Part shown: positions 18,104-27,931 of the stretch, one piece after another
Layout: every line of letters begins with the position of its first letter
Numbering within the stretch: the stretch's first letter is position 1
Source: Minisyncoccia bacterium
Lineage (GTDB): Bacteria > Patescibacteriota > Minisyncoccia > Phycocordibacterales > Phycocordibacteraceae
Reading direction: 5' to 3'
DNA length: 64,000 nt
NCBI GenBank assembly: GCA_038212075.1
Contig: JBBQUV010000005.1
Span: 9,984 to 73,983 of the forward strand
The notes under the pieces: model-generated
The model's input: the letters and a program-made list of their open reading frames with translations, nothing else
Database searches by the model: none
What the model was told of the DNA's origin: nothing
Program-made: the position numbers and the translations under genes

Positions 18104-19207
18104 ATGGATTTTTTAAAAAAGCTTTATTCAAAAAAGGGTTTGCTCCACCTCTATCGACCGAATCGGCCAATTTCGGTAGTACTTGTCGCGTGCGCTCTTT
18201 TTATATATATCGTCGGGTTCAGCAGTCTTTTCACCATTCAATATAAGCACGTAGATGCTGAGGCGGTATTAGCACAAGTACAAAAGATAGCACCCCTTGC
18301 TACACCGAAACTGGATACGAAAGCGTACGATGCAAAGATGGCGTTTCTTGCCCATACAGCAACCACCACAAGTACGTCAACGCCAAAACTATGGCCGGTA
18401 AAAGCGGCGTATCCGAATGCGGGCGCGTTATTACCTTTTAATCGCATTGTTGCGTACTACGGAAATTTTTATTCAAAAGGTATGGGTGTGCTTGGCGAAT
18501 ACCCAACCGATCAAATGATTGCAAAACTTCAGGCTGAAGTGAAGGTGTGGCAGGCCGCGGATCCAAAAACACCGGTGATTCCGGCTATTCACTATATTGT
18601 AGAAACGGCTCAGGGCAGTCCCGGTAAGGAAGGAAAATATCTGCTTCGTATGCCAGAAAGCCAAATAGACATTGCGCTTGCCGATGCCGAAAAAGTGCAC
18701 GGTATTGTCTTTCTCGATTTCCAAGTAGCACTCAGTAGTCTTCCTGCAGAGCTACCAAACTATGTGAAATATCTAGCAATGCCGAACGTGCATCTTGGTG
18801 TTGATCCGGAATTTTCCATGCATAACGGTGCGCGACCAGGAACGGTGATTGGCATCATGGATGCAACGGACATAAATTACGCTGCGAATTTTCTTGCGGC
18901 GCTCGTAAAAGCAAACAATCTTCCACCAAAAATGTTGGTGATACACCGTTTTACGGAAGGCATGGTAACTAACTACAAAAACATAAAGCCACTTCCCGAG
19001 GTACAGATAGTGATGGATATGGACGGATGGGGCTTCGGTGCAAAGAAAATTAATACCTACAATCAAGTGATTTATCCGGAGCCAGTGCAATTTACTGGAT
19101 TCAAACTCTTTTATAAAAACGACGTGAAGCCGCCGTCCACCCGCATGCTCACCCCTGCTGAAATTTTGAAACTGATACCATCACCGAGTTACATTCAGTA
19201 TCAGTAG
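18104..19207 (+). CDS. hypothetical membrane-anchored protein (start moved to ATG 18104, just after the upstream stop)
   Basis: ORF track starts at 17954 inside the preceding gene; MDFLKK...ISVVLVACALFIYIV gives a signal-anchor start; a TIM-barrel glycosidase-like fold is possible but unverified. Confidence 0.45.
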   Translation: MDFLKKLYSKKGLLHLYRPNRPISVVLVACALFIYIVGFSSLFTIQYKHVDAEAVLAQVQKIAPLATPKLDTKAYDAKMAFLAHTATTTSTSTPKLWPVKAAYPNAGALLPFNRIVAYYGNFYSKGMGVLGEYPTDQMIAKLQAEVKVWQAADPKTPVIPAIHYIVETAQGSPGKEGKYLLRMPESQIDIALADAEKVHGIVFLDFQVALSSLPAELPNYVKYLAMPNVHLGVDPEFSMHNGARPGTVIGIMDATDINYAANFLAALVKANNLPPKMLVIHRFTEGMVTNYKNIKPLPEVQIVMDMDGWGFGAKKINTYNQVIYPEPVQFTGFKLFYKNDVKPPSTRMLTPAEILKLIPSPSYIQYQ

Positions 19208-19327
19208 CTACTTGCTCGGTGCGCTGATACGAAAGAGAGACCTAGTGTAGTCTTTCGTATCACCGCACCTTCGCTCGAAGTACCATACTGTCCTCGCTCG
19301 CTCTTAACTTGTGCGCCGAGCGAAGCT

Positions 19328-20011
19328 CTATAATCCCAAATTTTTAAGAAATGTTGCGAGCTCCTTGCCTTCAATGGGGCGCGTTTCGTTTGCTTTCAGT
19401 TTTCCAAGTTCAATGTTCATCACGCGGGTGCGGCGCAGTTCTTTTGTTTCGTTGTGCATTGCAACAACCATGCGGCGCACTTGGTGTTTCTTGCCTTCCG
19501 TAAGCGTGATAGCAAATGAAGTATCGCCAAGGATTTTCACTTTTGCCGGTTTTGTTATGTATCCATCAATATCGACACCCGCTTCCATATGTTTTTTAAA
19601 GGAGTCACGCAAGTTCTCACGCGTGCGTACCACATACTCTTTGTCGTGGTCACGGTCGGGGTTTAACAGACGATCGGTAATTCTGCCGTCATTCGTAAGG
19701 ATGATGAGTCCGTATGAATCTTTATCAAGGCGTCCGACAGGGAAGACTCCAAGCTCGCGTCCAACACGGTCTGCGATATCCTCTTCATCTTCGCCTGCCG
19801 AGTGAGTGACGACGCCACGCGGTTTGTGATAGGCATAATAGGCATACGATTTTGGCGTGACATTTCGCACTTCTACCACATCGCCTTCGTTCACTTTGTC
19901 GCCAAGCACTGCAAGGCGACCGTTCAGATAGACCTTCTTTTTTTCTACGAGTTCATCACCACCCCGGCGCGTGGAGTGTCCGGTAAAGGCAAGATACTGG
20001 TTTATCCGCAT
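19328..20011 (-). CDS. RsuA/RluB-family 16S/23S rRNA pseudouridine synthase (S4 domain + PseudoU_synth_2); alternative start 20071
   Basis: MRINQYLAFTG..S4 domain; VVTHSAGEDEEDIADRV; catalytic block PVGRLDKDSYGLIILTNDG; HQVRRM. The ORF-track N-terminal extension (to 20482) is not protein-like. Confidence 0.8.
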   Translation of the reverse strand: MRINQYLAFTGHSTRRGGDELVEKKKVYLNGRLAVLGDKVNEGDVVEVRNVTPKSYAYYAYHKPRGVVTHSAGEDEEDIADRVGRELGVFPVGRLDKDSYGLIILTNDGRITDRLLNPDRDHDKEYVVRTRENLRDSFKKHMEAGVDIDGYITKPAKVKILGDTSFAITLTEGKKHQVRRMVVAMHNETKELRRTRVMNIELGKLKANETRPIEGKELATFLKNLGL

Positions 20012-20111
20012 CGGATAGGTGCCTTTTGGCTTCGGTTGCGGCGCAAATCGCTTCATAAAAGCACTATACATTCCTTTTCCTATTCCGCATAAATAAGGTA
20101 GGGTGGCTACA

Positions 20112-21578
20112 ATGAGCCGCGACGAAGCTATAGTGCGCTTTGATGAGGTGACGTTTGAATACGCGCACGGTAAAACTGTTCTCGATGAGGTGAGTTTTTC
20201 AATACGCCGCGGAGCAAAAATGACGCTGATGGGACAGAACGGCGCGGGGAAGTCCACCATCTTCAAACTGATTACTGGTGCGGTTGCTCCGGAAGACGGA
20301 AAACTGCAAATTGTCCCACGACTCACCATCGCACTGTCGCACCAAGTCATGGTGCCTGAAGATTTAGCGCTCACCGTGCGGGAATTTTTTGAAAAGCGTT
20401 TTTCGCAGAAGGTGTACGACATTGATCCAAAAATTGACGCCGTGCTTGATGTGGTGAACTTGCATGCACCCCACGACCGCATTATTAAGTCGTTTTCAGG
20501 CGGCCAGCAGGCGCGCCTTCTTCTTGCTTCGGCACTTATTCAAGACCCCGACCTTCTTCTTTTGGATGAGCCAACCAACAACCTGGATCATGCTGGTATT
20601 GAGCACCTTACGGCTTTTTTGAAAACCTACGACAAAACGGTGGTGGTTATTTCTCACGATGCTGAGTTTTTGAACGCGTTCACTGAAGGCGTGCTGTATC
20701 TCGATGTGCATTCGCACAAAATTGAACAGTACGTTGGAAACTACTTTGATCTTCTAAAAGAAATCACGCTTCGTATCGAACGCGAAAACCGAAAGAACGC
20801 ACAGCTTGCGAAGAAAATTCAAGACAACAAGGACAAGGCAAACTTTTTCGCCCAGAAGGGAGGCAAGATGCGTTTAGTTGCAAAAAAGATGCGTACGGAA
20901 ATTGAAGAAATGGAAGAAGAAAAAGTGGATGTGAGAAAGGAAGATAAAACGATTCGGCCGTTTGTTATTCCTTCTCAACCAGAGCTTACAGGGGAACTAC
21001 TTCGTATTACCTCGTTTACGACGATGCACCCTAAAAAGCATGTACCGGTCCCACATACCGCAACCGTGGCGCTCAAGAAAAAACAACACCTCCAGCTGAA
21101 GGGTCCAAATGGTATTGGAAAAACAACACTGCTTGAAACAATTGCTGAAGGAAAGGCAGAAGGCACGTATATCGCACCGCAGGTACGTGTGGGCTACTAC
21201 CGCCAAGATTTTTCTACACTTAATTTTGAACACACGGTGTATGAATCGCTTGCGAGCGTTATGCAAAAACCGGATGAACAGCGACTGCGTTCGGTTGCGG
21301 CAGGTTTTTTGCTTGGTTCTGAAGTTATAGACAAAAAAATTCGCTTACTTTCGGAAGGGCAGAAGGGGCTTGTGGCATTTGCGCGTCTCGTGCTTCTTGC
21401 TCCCGGACTTTTGATTTTGGACGAACCAACCAATCACATTAATTTTCGTCATCTTCCCGTGATTGCAAAAGCGCTTGATGCCTATGAAGGCGCGATGGTG
21501 CTCGTGTCGCACGTTCCCGAGTTTGTGGCGCAAATACGTGTTGACGATGTGCTTGATTTGGAACAGAACAAAAAATGA
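20112..21578 (+). CDS. ABC-F family ATPase (two ABC domains, no TMD)
   Basis: Walker A GQNGAGKST and GPNGIGKTT; signatures LSGGQQ and LSEGQKG; about 490 aa; ATG 20112 preferred over GTG 20103. Confidence 0.85.
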   Translation: MSRDEAIVRFDEVTFEYAHGKTVLDEVSFSIRRGAKMTLMGQNGAGKSTIFKLITGAVAPEDGKLQIVPRLTIALSHQVMVPEDLALTVREFFEKRFSQKVYDIDPKIDAVLDVVNLHAPHDRIIKSFSGGQQARLLLASALIQDPDLLLLDEPTNNLDHAGIEHLTAFLKTYDKTVVVISHDAEFLNAFTEGVLYLDVHSHKIEQYVGNYFDLLKEITLRIERENRKNAQLAKKIQDNKDKANFFAQKGGKMRLVAKKMRTEIEEMEEEKVDVRKEDKTIRPFVIPSQPELTGELLRITSFTTMHPKKHVPVPHTATVALKKKQHLQLKGPNGIGKTTLLETIAEGKAEGTYIAPQVRVGYYRQDFSTLNFEHTVYESLASVMQKPDEQRLRSVAAGFLLGSEVIDKKIRLLSEGQKGLVAFARLVLLAPGLLILDEPTNHINFRHLPVIAKALDAYEGAMVLVSHVPEFVAQIRVDDVLDLEQNKK

Positions 21579-21588
21579 ACCACTGCCA

Positions 21589-21651
21589 GCATTCCGGAAA
21601 AAGGGTGCGCTCCGGGCCGCTGGCCAAGCCTTACCCCTTTTTCCGGAATGC
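21589..21651 (+). repeat. long inverted repeat / hairpin (17-18-bp stem, 27-nt loop) between ABC-F and the GIY-YIG gene
   Basis: GCATTCCGGAAAAAGGGT (21589-21606) pairs with CCCCTTTTTCCGGAATGC (21634-21651), 17/18 complementary; no T-tract after. Confidence 0.5.
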
Positions 21652-21672
21652 CGGCTCCCATGCAATCGTCGT

Positions 21673-21939
21673 ATGAGCTTAAAAAATAAAAAAGGGTGGC
21701 TCGTGTACATACTAAAATGTGCAGACGGGACACTCTACACCGGTTCCACAAATGACATTACAAAACGACTTATTGCGCACAACACCGGGAAGCGTGGAGC
21801 AAAATATACTCGCGCGCGTCGTCCGGTAAGGTTGGTGCATAGTGAATCATACAAAACAAAACCAAAAGCACTCGCACGCGAGCGTGCCATAAAGAAACTA
21901 ACCCGGACAGAAAAACTACAACTCATACGCACTGCGTAA
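21673..21939 (+). CDS. GIY-YIG nuclease-domain protein (YhbQ/UPF0213-like)
   Basis: 88 aa; GWLVYILKCADGTLYTGSTNDITKRLIAHN = GIY-YIG motif; the ORF-track start 21463 extends back through the hairpin and is rejected. Confidence 0.75.
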   Translation: MSLKNKKGWLVYILKCADGTLYTGSTNDITKRLIAHNTGKRGAKYTRARRPVRLVHSESYKTKPKALARERAIKKLTRTEKLQLIRTA

Positions 21940-21957
21940 TCTGGTACACTTCAATCT

Positions 21958-22665
21958 ATGCTTATTTTTGTCATTGGCGCCGCGGCGGGAATTGCCACTT
22001 TTATTGGCGGCTCGCTCGCACTTCGGTTTAAAAACCATATTCATCTTATTCTCGGCTTTTCAGCTGGCGCTGTCGTTGGTGTTGCGTTGTTTGATCTTCT
22101 GCCTGAAGCGCTTGATTTGGGACAATCGTTTTATAGTCTCGCGACCATCACTTCCATCGTCGCGGCCGGTTTTGTTGCATACCTCATACTTGACCGCGTC
22201 ATTCTTATTACGACCGATGAAGAAAGCGGTCACCGTGGGCACGTGGGCGCAGGGAGTCTTACCATACACAGTTTTCTGGACGGTATTGGTATTGGTCTTG
22301 CGTTTCAAGTGTCACCCGCACTTGGTGCCATAGTTGCGATCGCGGTGCTCGTACACGATTTTTCAGACGGCATCAATACCGTGAACTTGAGTCTGTCAGG
22401 CGGAGGAGCTGACCGTATTGCCCGTAGCTGGCTTATCGCCGATTCGCTTGCACCGCTTGTAGGTATTTGCGCGACGCTTTTCTTTCATGTACCGGAAACG
22501 TATCTTGCACCGATCCTCGCGCTTTTTTCTGGATTCTTTCTGTACATTGGTGCGAGCGAGCTTTTGCCAGAAAGTCACCACCGTCACCCGCGTTTGTGGA
22601 CGAGTGTCATGACGGTGCTCGGTGTATTTGTTATTTATGTGGCCGTACGTTTCGCTGGAATATAA
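21958..22665 (+). CDS. zupT: ZIP-family divalent metal (zinc) transporter
   Basis: 235 aa; HSFLDGIGIGLAF and HDFSDGINTV metal-binding motifs; 8 TM. Confidence 0.75.
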   Translation: MLIFVIGAAAGIATFIGGSLALRFKNHIHLILGFSAGAVVGVALFDLLPEALDLGQSFYSLATITSIVAAGFVAYLILDRVILITTDEESGHRGHVGAGSLTIHSFLDGIGIGLAFQVSPALGAIVAIAVLVHDFSDGINTVNLSLSGGGADRIARSWLIADSLAPLVGICATLFFHVPETYLAPILALFSGFFLYIGASELLPESHHRHPRLWTSVMTVLGVFVIYVAVRFAGI

Positions 22666-22672
22666 GACTCAC

Positions 22673-23167
22673 CTATTTTTTACGCTCCACAATCGCGTAT
22701 TCGCGGAAGATAAAGTAGAACACGAGTATGTCGAGCAGGGTTATGGCCGCAAGAACGGGCGAGTGGTGGAGATAGATACGATAGAACAGATAGGTAATGA
22801 ATCCGCCAAGCGCAACGAGCGCTACGGGGTACGCCCATTTTTTTCCGGACAGTAGTGCCACCGCAAGCCCAAGTTTGATGACACCATTAATGAGCAGGTA
22901 TGCGGTGGTGAAGTCCTTTGTACCAACTGATAAGTGATGCACAAATTCAGCAAGATGGATTGCAACGAAGTCGCTCGGGTCTTTGGCAAGTTCAATGTCA
23001 GTAAAATGGTCAGCGAATGCGACGAAGGAGCCAAGAGGTATAAAAAATATGAGTAACCCACTGACGAGTTCACTCAGTCCTTGCACCCCTTTTAGAACAA
23101 CGCCAATACGAAAAAAATCGTATACCTCAGCGTCTTCTTTTTGAGTACTGGATAGTGTCGGTTCCAT
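22673..23167 (-). CDS. hypothetical membrane protein
   Basis: 164 aa, 4 hydrophobic helices. Confidence 0.45.
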   Translation of the reverse strand: MEPTLSSTQKEDAEVYDFFRIGVVLKGVQGLSELVSGLLIFFIPLGSFVAFADHFTDIELAKDPSDFVAIHLAEFVHHLSVGTKDFTTAYLLINGVIKLGLAVALLSGKKWAYPVALVALGGFITYLFYRIYLHHSPVLAAITLLDILVFYFIFREYAIVERKK

Positions 23168-23427
23168 ACAATACCTATATAATACCGCACCTTACCTGCA
23201 GGGGTGTGAATGTCGTATACTCTATAGATATGGCAAATCGTATAAAGCAACCGATGTCCAAACTGGTGCTCTTTTTCATTATTGCAATTTTCTCGCTTCT
23301 TGCCGTGTTCGAGTTTGATTTAGGTCGAGTGTATACCTTCATCGTCTCAGCAGACGTAGCTTGGTTTTCTCAGTGGAACAAGCCGTAGAGGTGTGATTGA
23401 AAGAAAGGGAAGGGTGTCCCGTCATCT

Positions 23428-23943
23428 ATGAAGGATAGAAAACGACTCTTTGATGAAGCGTTTACGACCTATGCGGACGAACTTTTTCGCCATGCTTTTT
23501 TTCGCATTTCAGACCGTGAACGCGCTGTTGATCTCGTGCAAGAGTGTTTTCTTCGTTCCTATACGTATGCAAAAGAAGACGATATTCATGATATTCGTGC
23601 ATTTCTGTACCGCATCTTGAGGAACCTCATTATTGACGAATATCGTAAAAAGAAATCGTACTCACTTGACGCCCTGCTTGAAGGAGAGGATTCTCCTGAA
23701 CGGCTTCTTCCTACGGATGACACCAATACGATAGAGGCGGCAACTGAACGACTCGATGCAAAAGCGGCGTTCGAAAAGGTGTCCGAACTTCCGCCGCACT
23801 TTAGCGAGGTGCTTCTGTTACGATTCGTAGACGGGTTCTCGCCCAAAGAGATTGGGGAACGCGTTGGCATTTCTGAAAATCTGGTATCCGTCCGCATTCA
23901 CCGCGCACTCAAAGCACTTCGCGCCCTCGTTGAAACACCATGA
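23428..23943 (+). CDS. ECF-subfamily RNA polymerase sigma-70 factor
   Basis: 171 aa; region 2 (LVQECFLRSY) and region 4 HTH (VLLLRFVDGFSPKEIGERVGISENLVSVRIHRALKALR); GGGAAGG SD upstream. Confidence 0.8.
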   Translation: MKDRKRLFDEAFTTYADELFRHAFFRISDRERAVDLVQECFLRSYTYAKEDDIHDIRAFLYRILRNLIIDEYRKKKSYSLDALLEGEDSPERLLPTDDTNTIEAATERLDAKAAFEKVSELPPHFSEVLLLRFVDGFSPKEIGERVGISENLVSVRIHRALKALRALVETP

Positions 23944-25004
23944 ACCCATTCACCAAACAATTTCATACTGAAGCTGAAAATGTCCGCCTCACGAGCGCGG
24001 AGCGTTCGCGTATCTATCGCGCACTTCATGCCGAGATGGAAAAAACGGCGCCCACTATCGTTCCATCACCATTTTTTCCAACGAATTTTTTCTTTTCTCG
24101 CGCCATGGTTGCTGTCGCACTTATTCTCGTTCTTGGAACGGGTACAGCGACCTATGCGGCGGAAGCTTCGCTACCCGGAGATCTTTTGTACCCAGTAAAA
24201 GTGAATGTTTCAGAACCGATAACCGGAGTATTTGCGTTTACGCCATCAGCAAAAGCCGAGTGGCATGCGCGCGTCGCTGAGGCTCGTTTGGCAGAAGCCG
24301 AAACGCTTACAGAGCGTGGCACGCTTACCGAAGACACGAGCGTCGCGCTTTCAAACGACTTTAATGCGCACGCCGCGGCAGTAACGGACATCACTACAAC
24401 TATTCGCGAAAGCGACCCTGTGTCTGCACAAGATATAGATACCTTGTTCCAATCTGCGGTTGCGCATCATGGCTCTGCAATTTTGGTTGCGGCAAAAAAT
24501 CATAAAAATGAGCTTGCGCTTAAGACGTCGGGAGATTTCGTCGTCAGTGTGGTGAATGACACTACGGACGTGCCAGCTGAAACAGGTGTAGCAACTGCCG
24601 CAATGGCCGCGCCAGTCACGGCGTCAGCCGTTCTGACGAAGACTGCCTCGCCAGCTCCTATGCCGGTTCAGACCGTGTCCGACAGTAATGACAATGGTAT
24701 CTATCTCGCTCGCGAAGCCCACACCCTCCTTTCCATCGCAACGAGTTCCGACGCTCTATTGGTGGCCACGACACATCGTTCAAATAACCAGACGGTTATT
24801 GCGACCGCCGAAGGTCTTGTGGTGAAAGGCGACGCGTATCTTTCTGTTGGTATGCGTCAGCGAGCAATCCACGACTTTACTCGCGCCATCACTCTTCTAA
24901 AGACACTCACTGAACCTACCGATACAACCGTTAATTCCGGAACCATATTACAAGCGGCTCCACCTCCTACGCCACCAGCACCAAACGTTCTAGGAGCACC
25001 ATAA
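23940..25004 (+). CDS. putative anti-sigma factor / single-pass membrane protein
   Basis: ATGA overlap with the sigma gene; TM helix at about residues 55-75; Ala/Thr-rich ectodomain; Pro-rich C-terminus. Confidence 0.4.
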   Translation: MNPFTKQFHTEAENVRLTSAERSRIYRALHAEMEKTAPTIVPSPFFPTNFFFSRAMVAVALILVLGTGTATYAAEASLPGDLLYPVKVNVSEPITGVFAFTPSAKAEWHARVAEARLAEAETLTERGTLTEDTSVALSNDFNAHAAAVTDITTTIRESDPVSAQDIDTLFQSAVAHHGSAILVAAKNHKNELALKTSGDFVVSVVNDTTDVPAETGVATAAMAAPVTASAVLTKTASPAPMPVQTVSDSNDNGIYLAREAHTLLSIATSSDALLVATTHRSNNQTVIATAEGLVVKGDAYLSVGMRQRAIHDFTRAITLLKTLTEPTDTTVNSGTILQAAPPPTPPAPNVLGAP

Positions 25005-25017
25005 GTTTTCTCCACGG

Positions 25018-25023
25018 TATACT
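25018..25023 (+). promoter_or_regulatory. -10 element TATACT 8 nt upstream of ATG 25032; putative leaderless transcript
   Basis: TATACT 25018-25023, no SD. Confidence 0.3.
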
Positions 25024-25031
25024 CAGGTTCA

Positions 25032-26015
25032 ATGCGCACGCATTTTTTTAAGATAGTGTTTATTTTTTGCGCACTCTGTGTGGTGGTGCTCACGATATTT
25101 TTACTCGGCTACGCGCATTTGTTTGGAGCAGTAGATTCAAATATCGCGGAAACAGCGTTTGTGATTACACCGAGTGAACCGATGGACGATATTTCTCATC
25201 GCTTGCATACCGAAGGACTTATTAGAAACGAGTGGGCGTTTCGTCTTGCGTACGCAACAAGCGAAGGTGTGCACGAGGTGCGTCCGGGCGGATACACGCT
25301 TTCTTCCAGTATGGATGTGTGGACGGTGGTGGGAACGCTCGCAAAATCACCTTACCTTGCATGGGTAGTGTTGCCACCCGGACTTCGAAAGGAACAAGTA
25401 GGTACCGTACTTGCCAATACGTTGTCATGGACGGCAGAAGAACAAAAGCTATGGTCTGCCCCTACCACGTTCGGTGGTATCAGTGAAGGAACGGAATATC
25501 TTCCCGATACCTATCTGATACCGTCTGATCAGAATCCAACTCAGATTGCCAGTCGGCTTGCTACGCGTTTTGCGCAGGGAACAGACGTGTACGCACAGCA
25601 AGCGATAGATCAAAAGAAAAATTGGCAAATGGTGGTGAATATCGCGTCTCTCATTGAGCGGGAAGCCGCCGGTCCCGATATGAAACTTATTTCCGGCATC
25701 ATTTGGAATCGTCTCCATAAAAATATGAAGCTTCAACTTGATGCAACGCTTCAATACGTCAAAGGGAATGAGCAGGATGGGTGGTGGAGCTTTGTAAAAT
25801 CTGAAGATAAATATTTGGACTCTCCCTTTAACACGTATCAGCACACAGGGCTTCCGCCGCATCCTATCGCCGTGCCAGCACTCGCGGCAATAGATGCGGC
25901 GCTTAATCCAACAACGACTACGTGTCTCTACTATCTGCACGATAGTCACGGACAAATCCACTGCTCTCAAGATTATGCAGGACAACTTTCAAACGTACAA
26001 AAGTATTTAAAATAA
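25032..26015 (+). CDS. mltG: endolytic murein transglycosylase MltG (YceG-like)
   Basis: 327 aa; N-terminal TM; YNTYQHTGLPPHPIAVPALAAIDAALNP and YYLHDSHGQIH blocks. Confidence 0.8.
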   Translation: MRTHFFKIVFIFCALCVVVLTIFLLGYAHLFGAVDSNIAETAFVITPSEPMDDISHRLHTEGLIRNEWAFRLAYATSEGVHEVRPGGYTLSSSMDVWTVVGTLAKSPYLAWVVLPPGLRKEQVGTVLANTLSWTAEEQKLWSAPTTFGGISEGTEYLPDTYLIPSDQNPTQIASRLATRFAQGTDVYAQQAIDQKKNWQMVVNIASLIEREAAGPDMKLISGIIWNRLHKNMKLQLDATLQYVKGNEQDGWWSFVKSEDKYLDSPFNTYQHTGLPPHPIAVPALAAIDAALNPTTTTCLYYLHDSHGQIHCSQDYAGQLSNVQKYLK

Positions 26016-26045
26016 GGGTTTTTCGTCCAAAAAGGGCGTAGCTGT

Positions 26046-26051
26046 TATACT
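26046..26051 (+). promoter_or_regulatory. -10 element TATACT 6 nt upstream of ATG 26058; putative leaderless transcript
   Basis: TATACT 26046-26051, no SD. Confidence 0.3.
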
Positions 26052-26057
26052 TATACG

Positions 26058-27863
26058 ATGTCTACGGTGAAGAAAAAGAAGAGTTTTGCTGTACGCGAAG
26101 TACTTCACGTGTACTGGATTCACATCAAGCGATACCCATTCGCCGTTTCTTTTGCCGCACTTTTCACTACGGGCGCTTTTGTATTTAGCACCATCATACC
26201 TCTTTGGTATAAGCGCATCATCGACATTGCGTCCACAAGCACTGTTCCAACCGATGCCGCCGCAAGTGCGATGACCGCTCTTTTGACGACGACGGTGGTA
26301 CTCATGGTATTTCGCATGCTCTCCCGTCGTTCCGGAAGTCTGTTAAACACCTATTTCCAACCAAAAGTAATTCGCGATCTGGGCGAAACAGCGTTTTCGT
26401 ATCTTCTTGACCATTCGTATCGTTTCTTTGCGAACAATTTCACCGGAACACTTGTGCGTCGTGTCGCACGTCTTCAGCGTTCGTTTGAAGAACTTGCCGA
26501 CCGCATCATGTTCGACCTTATTCCCATTGTTGCCACGCTTGTTGGAGCAGGTGCAGTGCTTTTTTGGCGCAGTTCACTTCTTGGGTGGCTCTTTATCGGC
26601 TGGCTCGTGCTGTTTATCACGGTACAATTTGCGATTCTTAGCTGGAAAATCAAATTCAACTTAAAGGTTTCAGAAAAAGATTCTGAGGCAACAGGGGCTA
26701 TTTCAGACGCCATTTCAAACGACGTCACCATTCGCACGTTTGCTGGTGAAAATCACGAACGTACTATTTTCAAAAAAGTGTCGGAAGAGCTCGCGAAACT
26801 TCGTTTCAAAAGCTGGGCCATTGATGAAGTCATAAACATGATTCAGGCGCTCCTGATGATTGGTATTGAATTTTTACTTTTCCTTGGAACCATTCATTTG
26901 TGGCGTCTTGGTCTTGCAACGGTGGGAGATTTTATTCTCGTGCAGTCATACGTCATTCTCGCCATTGATCGCTTGTGGGATTTGGGGAATGCCTTGCGTC
27001 GGCTGTACGAATCATTTGCCGACGCTACAGAAATGGTGGAAATCTTGAACACTCCGCACGAAATTGTGGATCAGAAGGGCGCACTGCCGCTTGTGGTAAC
27101 AAACGGAACAATTGATTTTCATGATGTTGATTTTCGTTTTCATGCAGAACGAGATATTTTGGAGAAATTCAATTTGACCATTTCTGCAAAAGAAAAAGTT
27201 GCGCTTGTGGGGCCGTCTGGAGCAGGGAAAACCACCATCACTAAACTCATTCTTCGGTTCTACGATATTTCGGGCGGCGGTATTTATATTGACGACCAAA
27301 ACATCGCCGAAGGCACGCAAGAGTCACTTCGTTCTGCAATCGCTTTTGTTCCACAAGAGCCGGTGTTGTTCCACCGCACACTGATGGAAAATATCCGCTA
27401 TGGACGCCGCGGGGCAACTGATGCGGAAGTCATGGAAGCGGCGCGCCAAGCACACTGTTACGACTTCATTATGAATACACCCGAAGGGTTTGGTACGTTT
27501 GTGGGCGAGCGAGGGATTAAACTTTCGGGTGGCGAGCGCCAACGCGTCGCTATTGCGCGCGCAATCCTTAAGAACGCTCCGATTCTTATTTTGGACGAAG
27601 CAACGTCGTCATTGGATTCAGAATCGGAAATGTTGATTCAAGACGCTCTTGTGAAATTGATGGAAGGGAAGACGGTGATCGCGATTGCACACCGTCTTTC
27701 TACGGTCATGAAAATGGATCGCATTATTGTGATTGAAGACGGCAAGGTTGCCATGATGGGCACTCACAATGAGCTTCTTTCCCACGACGGCAGTCTCTAC
27801 AAAAAACTTTGGGAGATTCAGGCTGGCGGGTTTATTGAGGATGATATGACTGCGAAAGGATAG
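26058..27863 (+). CDS. ABC exporter, fused permease/ATP-binding protein (MsbA-like)
   Basis: 601 aa; 6 TM; Walker A GPSGAGKTT; LSGGERQRVAIARAIL; C-terminus ...WEIQAGGFIEDD. Confidence 0.85.
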   Translation: MSTVKKKKSFAVREVLHVYWIHIKRYPFAVSFAALFTTGAFVFSTIIPLWYKRIIDIASTSTVPTDAAASAMTALLTTTVVLMVFRMLSRRSGSLLNTYFQPKVIRDLGETAFSYLLDHSYRFFANNFTGTLVRRVARLQRSFEELADRIMFDLIPIVATLVGAGAVLFWRSSLLGWLFIGWLVLFITVQFAILSWKIKFNLKVSEKDSEATGAISDAISNDVTIRTFAGENHERTIFKKVSEELAKLRFKSWAIDEVINMIQALLMIGIEFLLFLGTIHLWRLGLATVGDFILVQSYVILAIDRLWDLGNALRRLYESFADATEMVEILNTPHEIVDQKGALPLVVTNGTIDFHDVDFRFHAERDILEKFNLTISAKEKVALVGPSGAGKTTITKLILRFYDISGGGIYIDDQNIAEGTQESLRSAIAFVPQEPVLFHRTLMENIRYGRRGATDAEVMEAARQAHCYDFIMNTPEGFGTFVGERGIKLSGGERQRVAIARAILKNAPILILDEATSSLDSESEMLIQDALVKLMEGKTVIAIAHRLSTVMKMDRIIVIEDGKVAMMGTHNELLSHDGSLYKKLWEIQAGGFIEDDMTAKG

Positions 27864-27866
27864 TCA

Positions 27867-27895
27867 TTGACGCTTCTTCATTTTACGGTTATTGT
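27867..27895 (+). promoter_or_regulatory. putative sigma-70 promoter for typA (TTGACG-N17-TATTGT)
   Basis: hexamers at 27867-27872 and 27890-27895; about 36-nt leader to ATG 27932. Confidence 0.3.
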
Positions 27896-27931
27896 AGAAC
27901 GAACGGCCCGGTGGCCATTTTTATTTAATCC

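Noticed and set aside
19311-19805. 164-aa plus-strand ORF
   Set aside because: It is antisense to the conserved pseudouridine synthase gene and has an S/R-rich low-complexity composition.
20012-20482. 157-codon N-terminal extension of the pseudouridine synthase ORF
   Set aside because: The composition is not protein-like. The S4 domain starts at MRINQYLA (20011), as in RsuA/RluB homologs. The extension would overlap the divergent ABC-F start region.
21463-21672. Long start of the GIY-YIG ORF running back into the ABC-F 3' end and through the hairpin
   Set aside because: It overlaps ABC-F in another frame, and the GIY-YIG domain begins at 21673.
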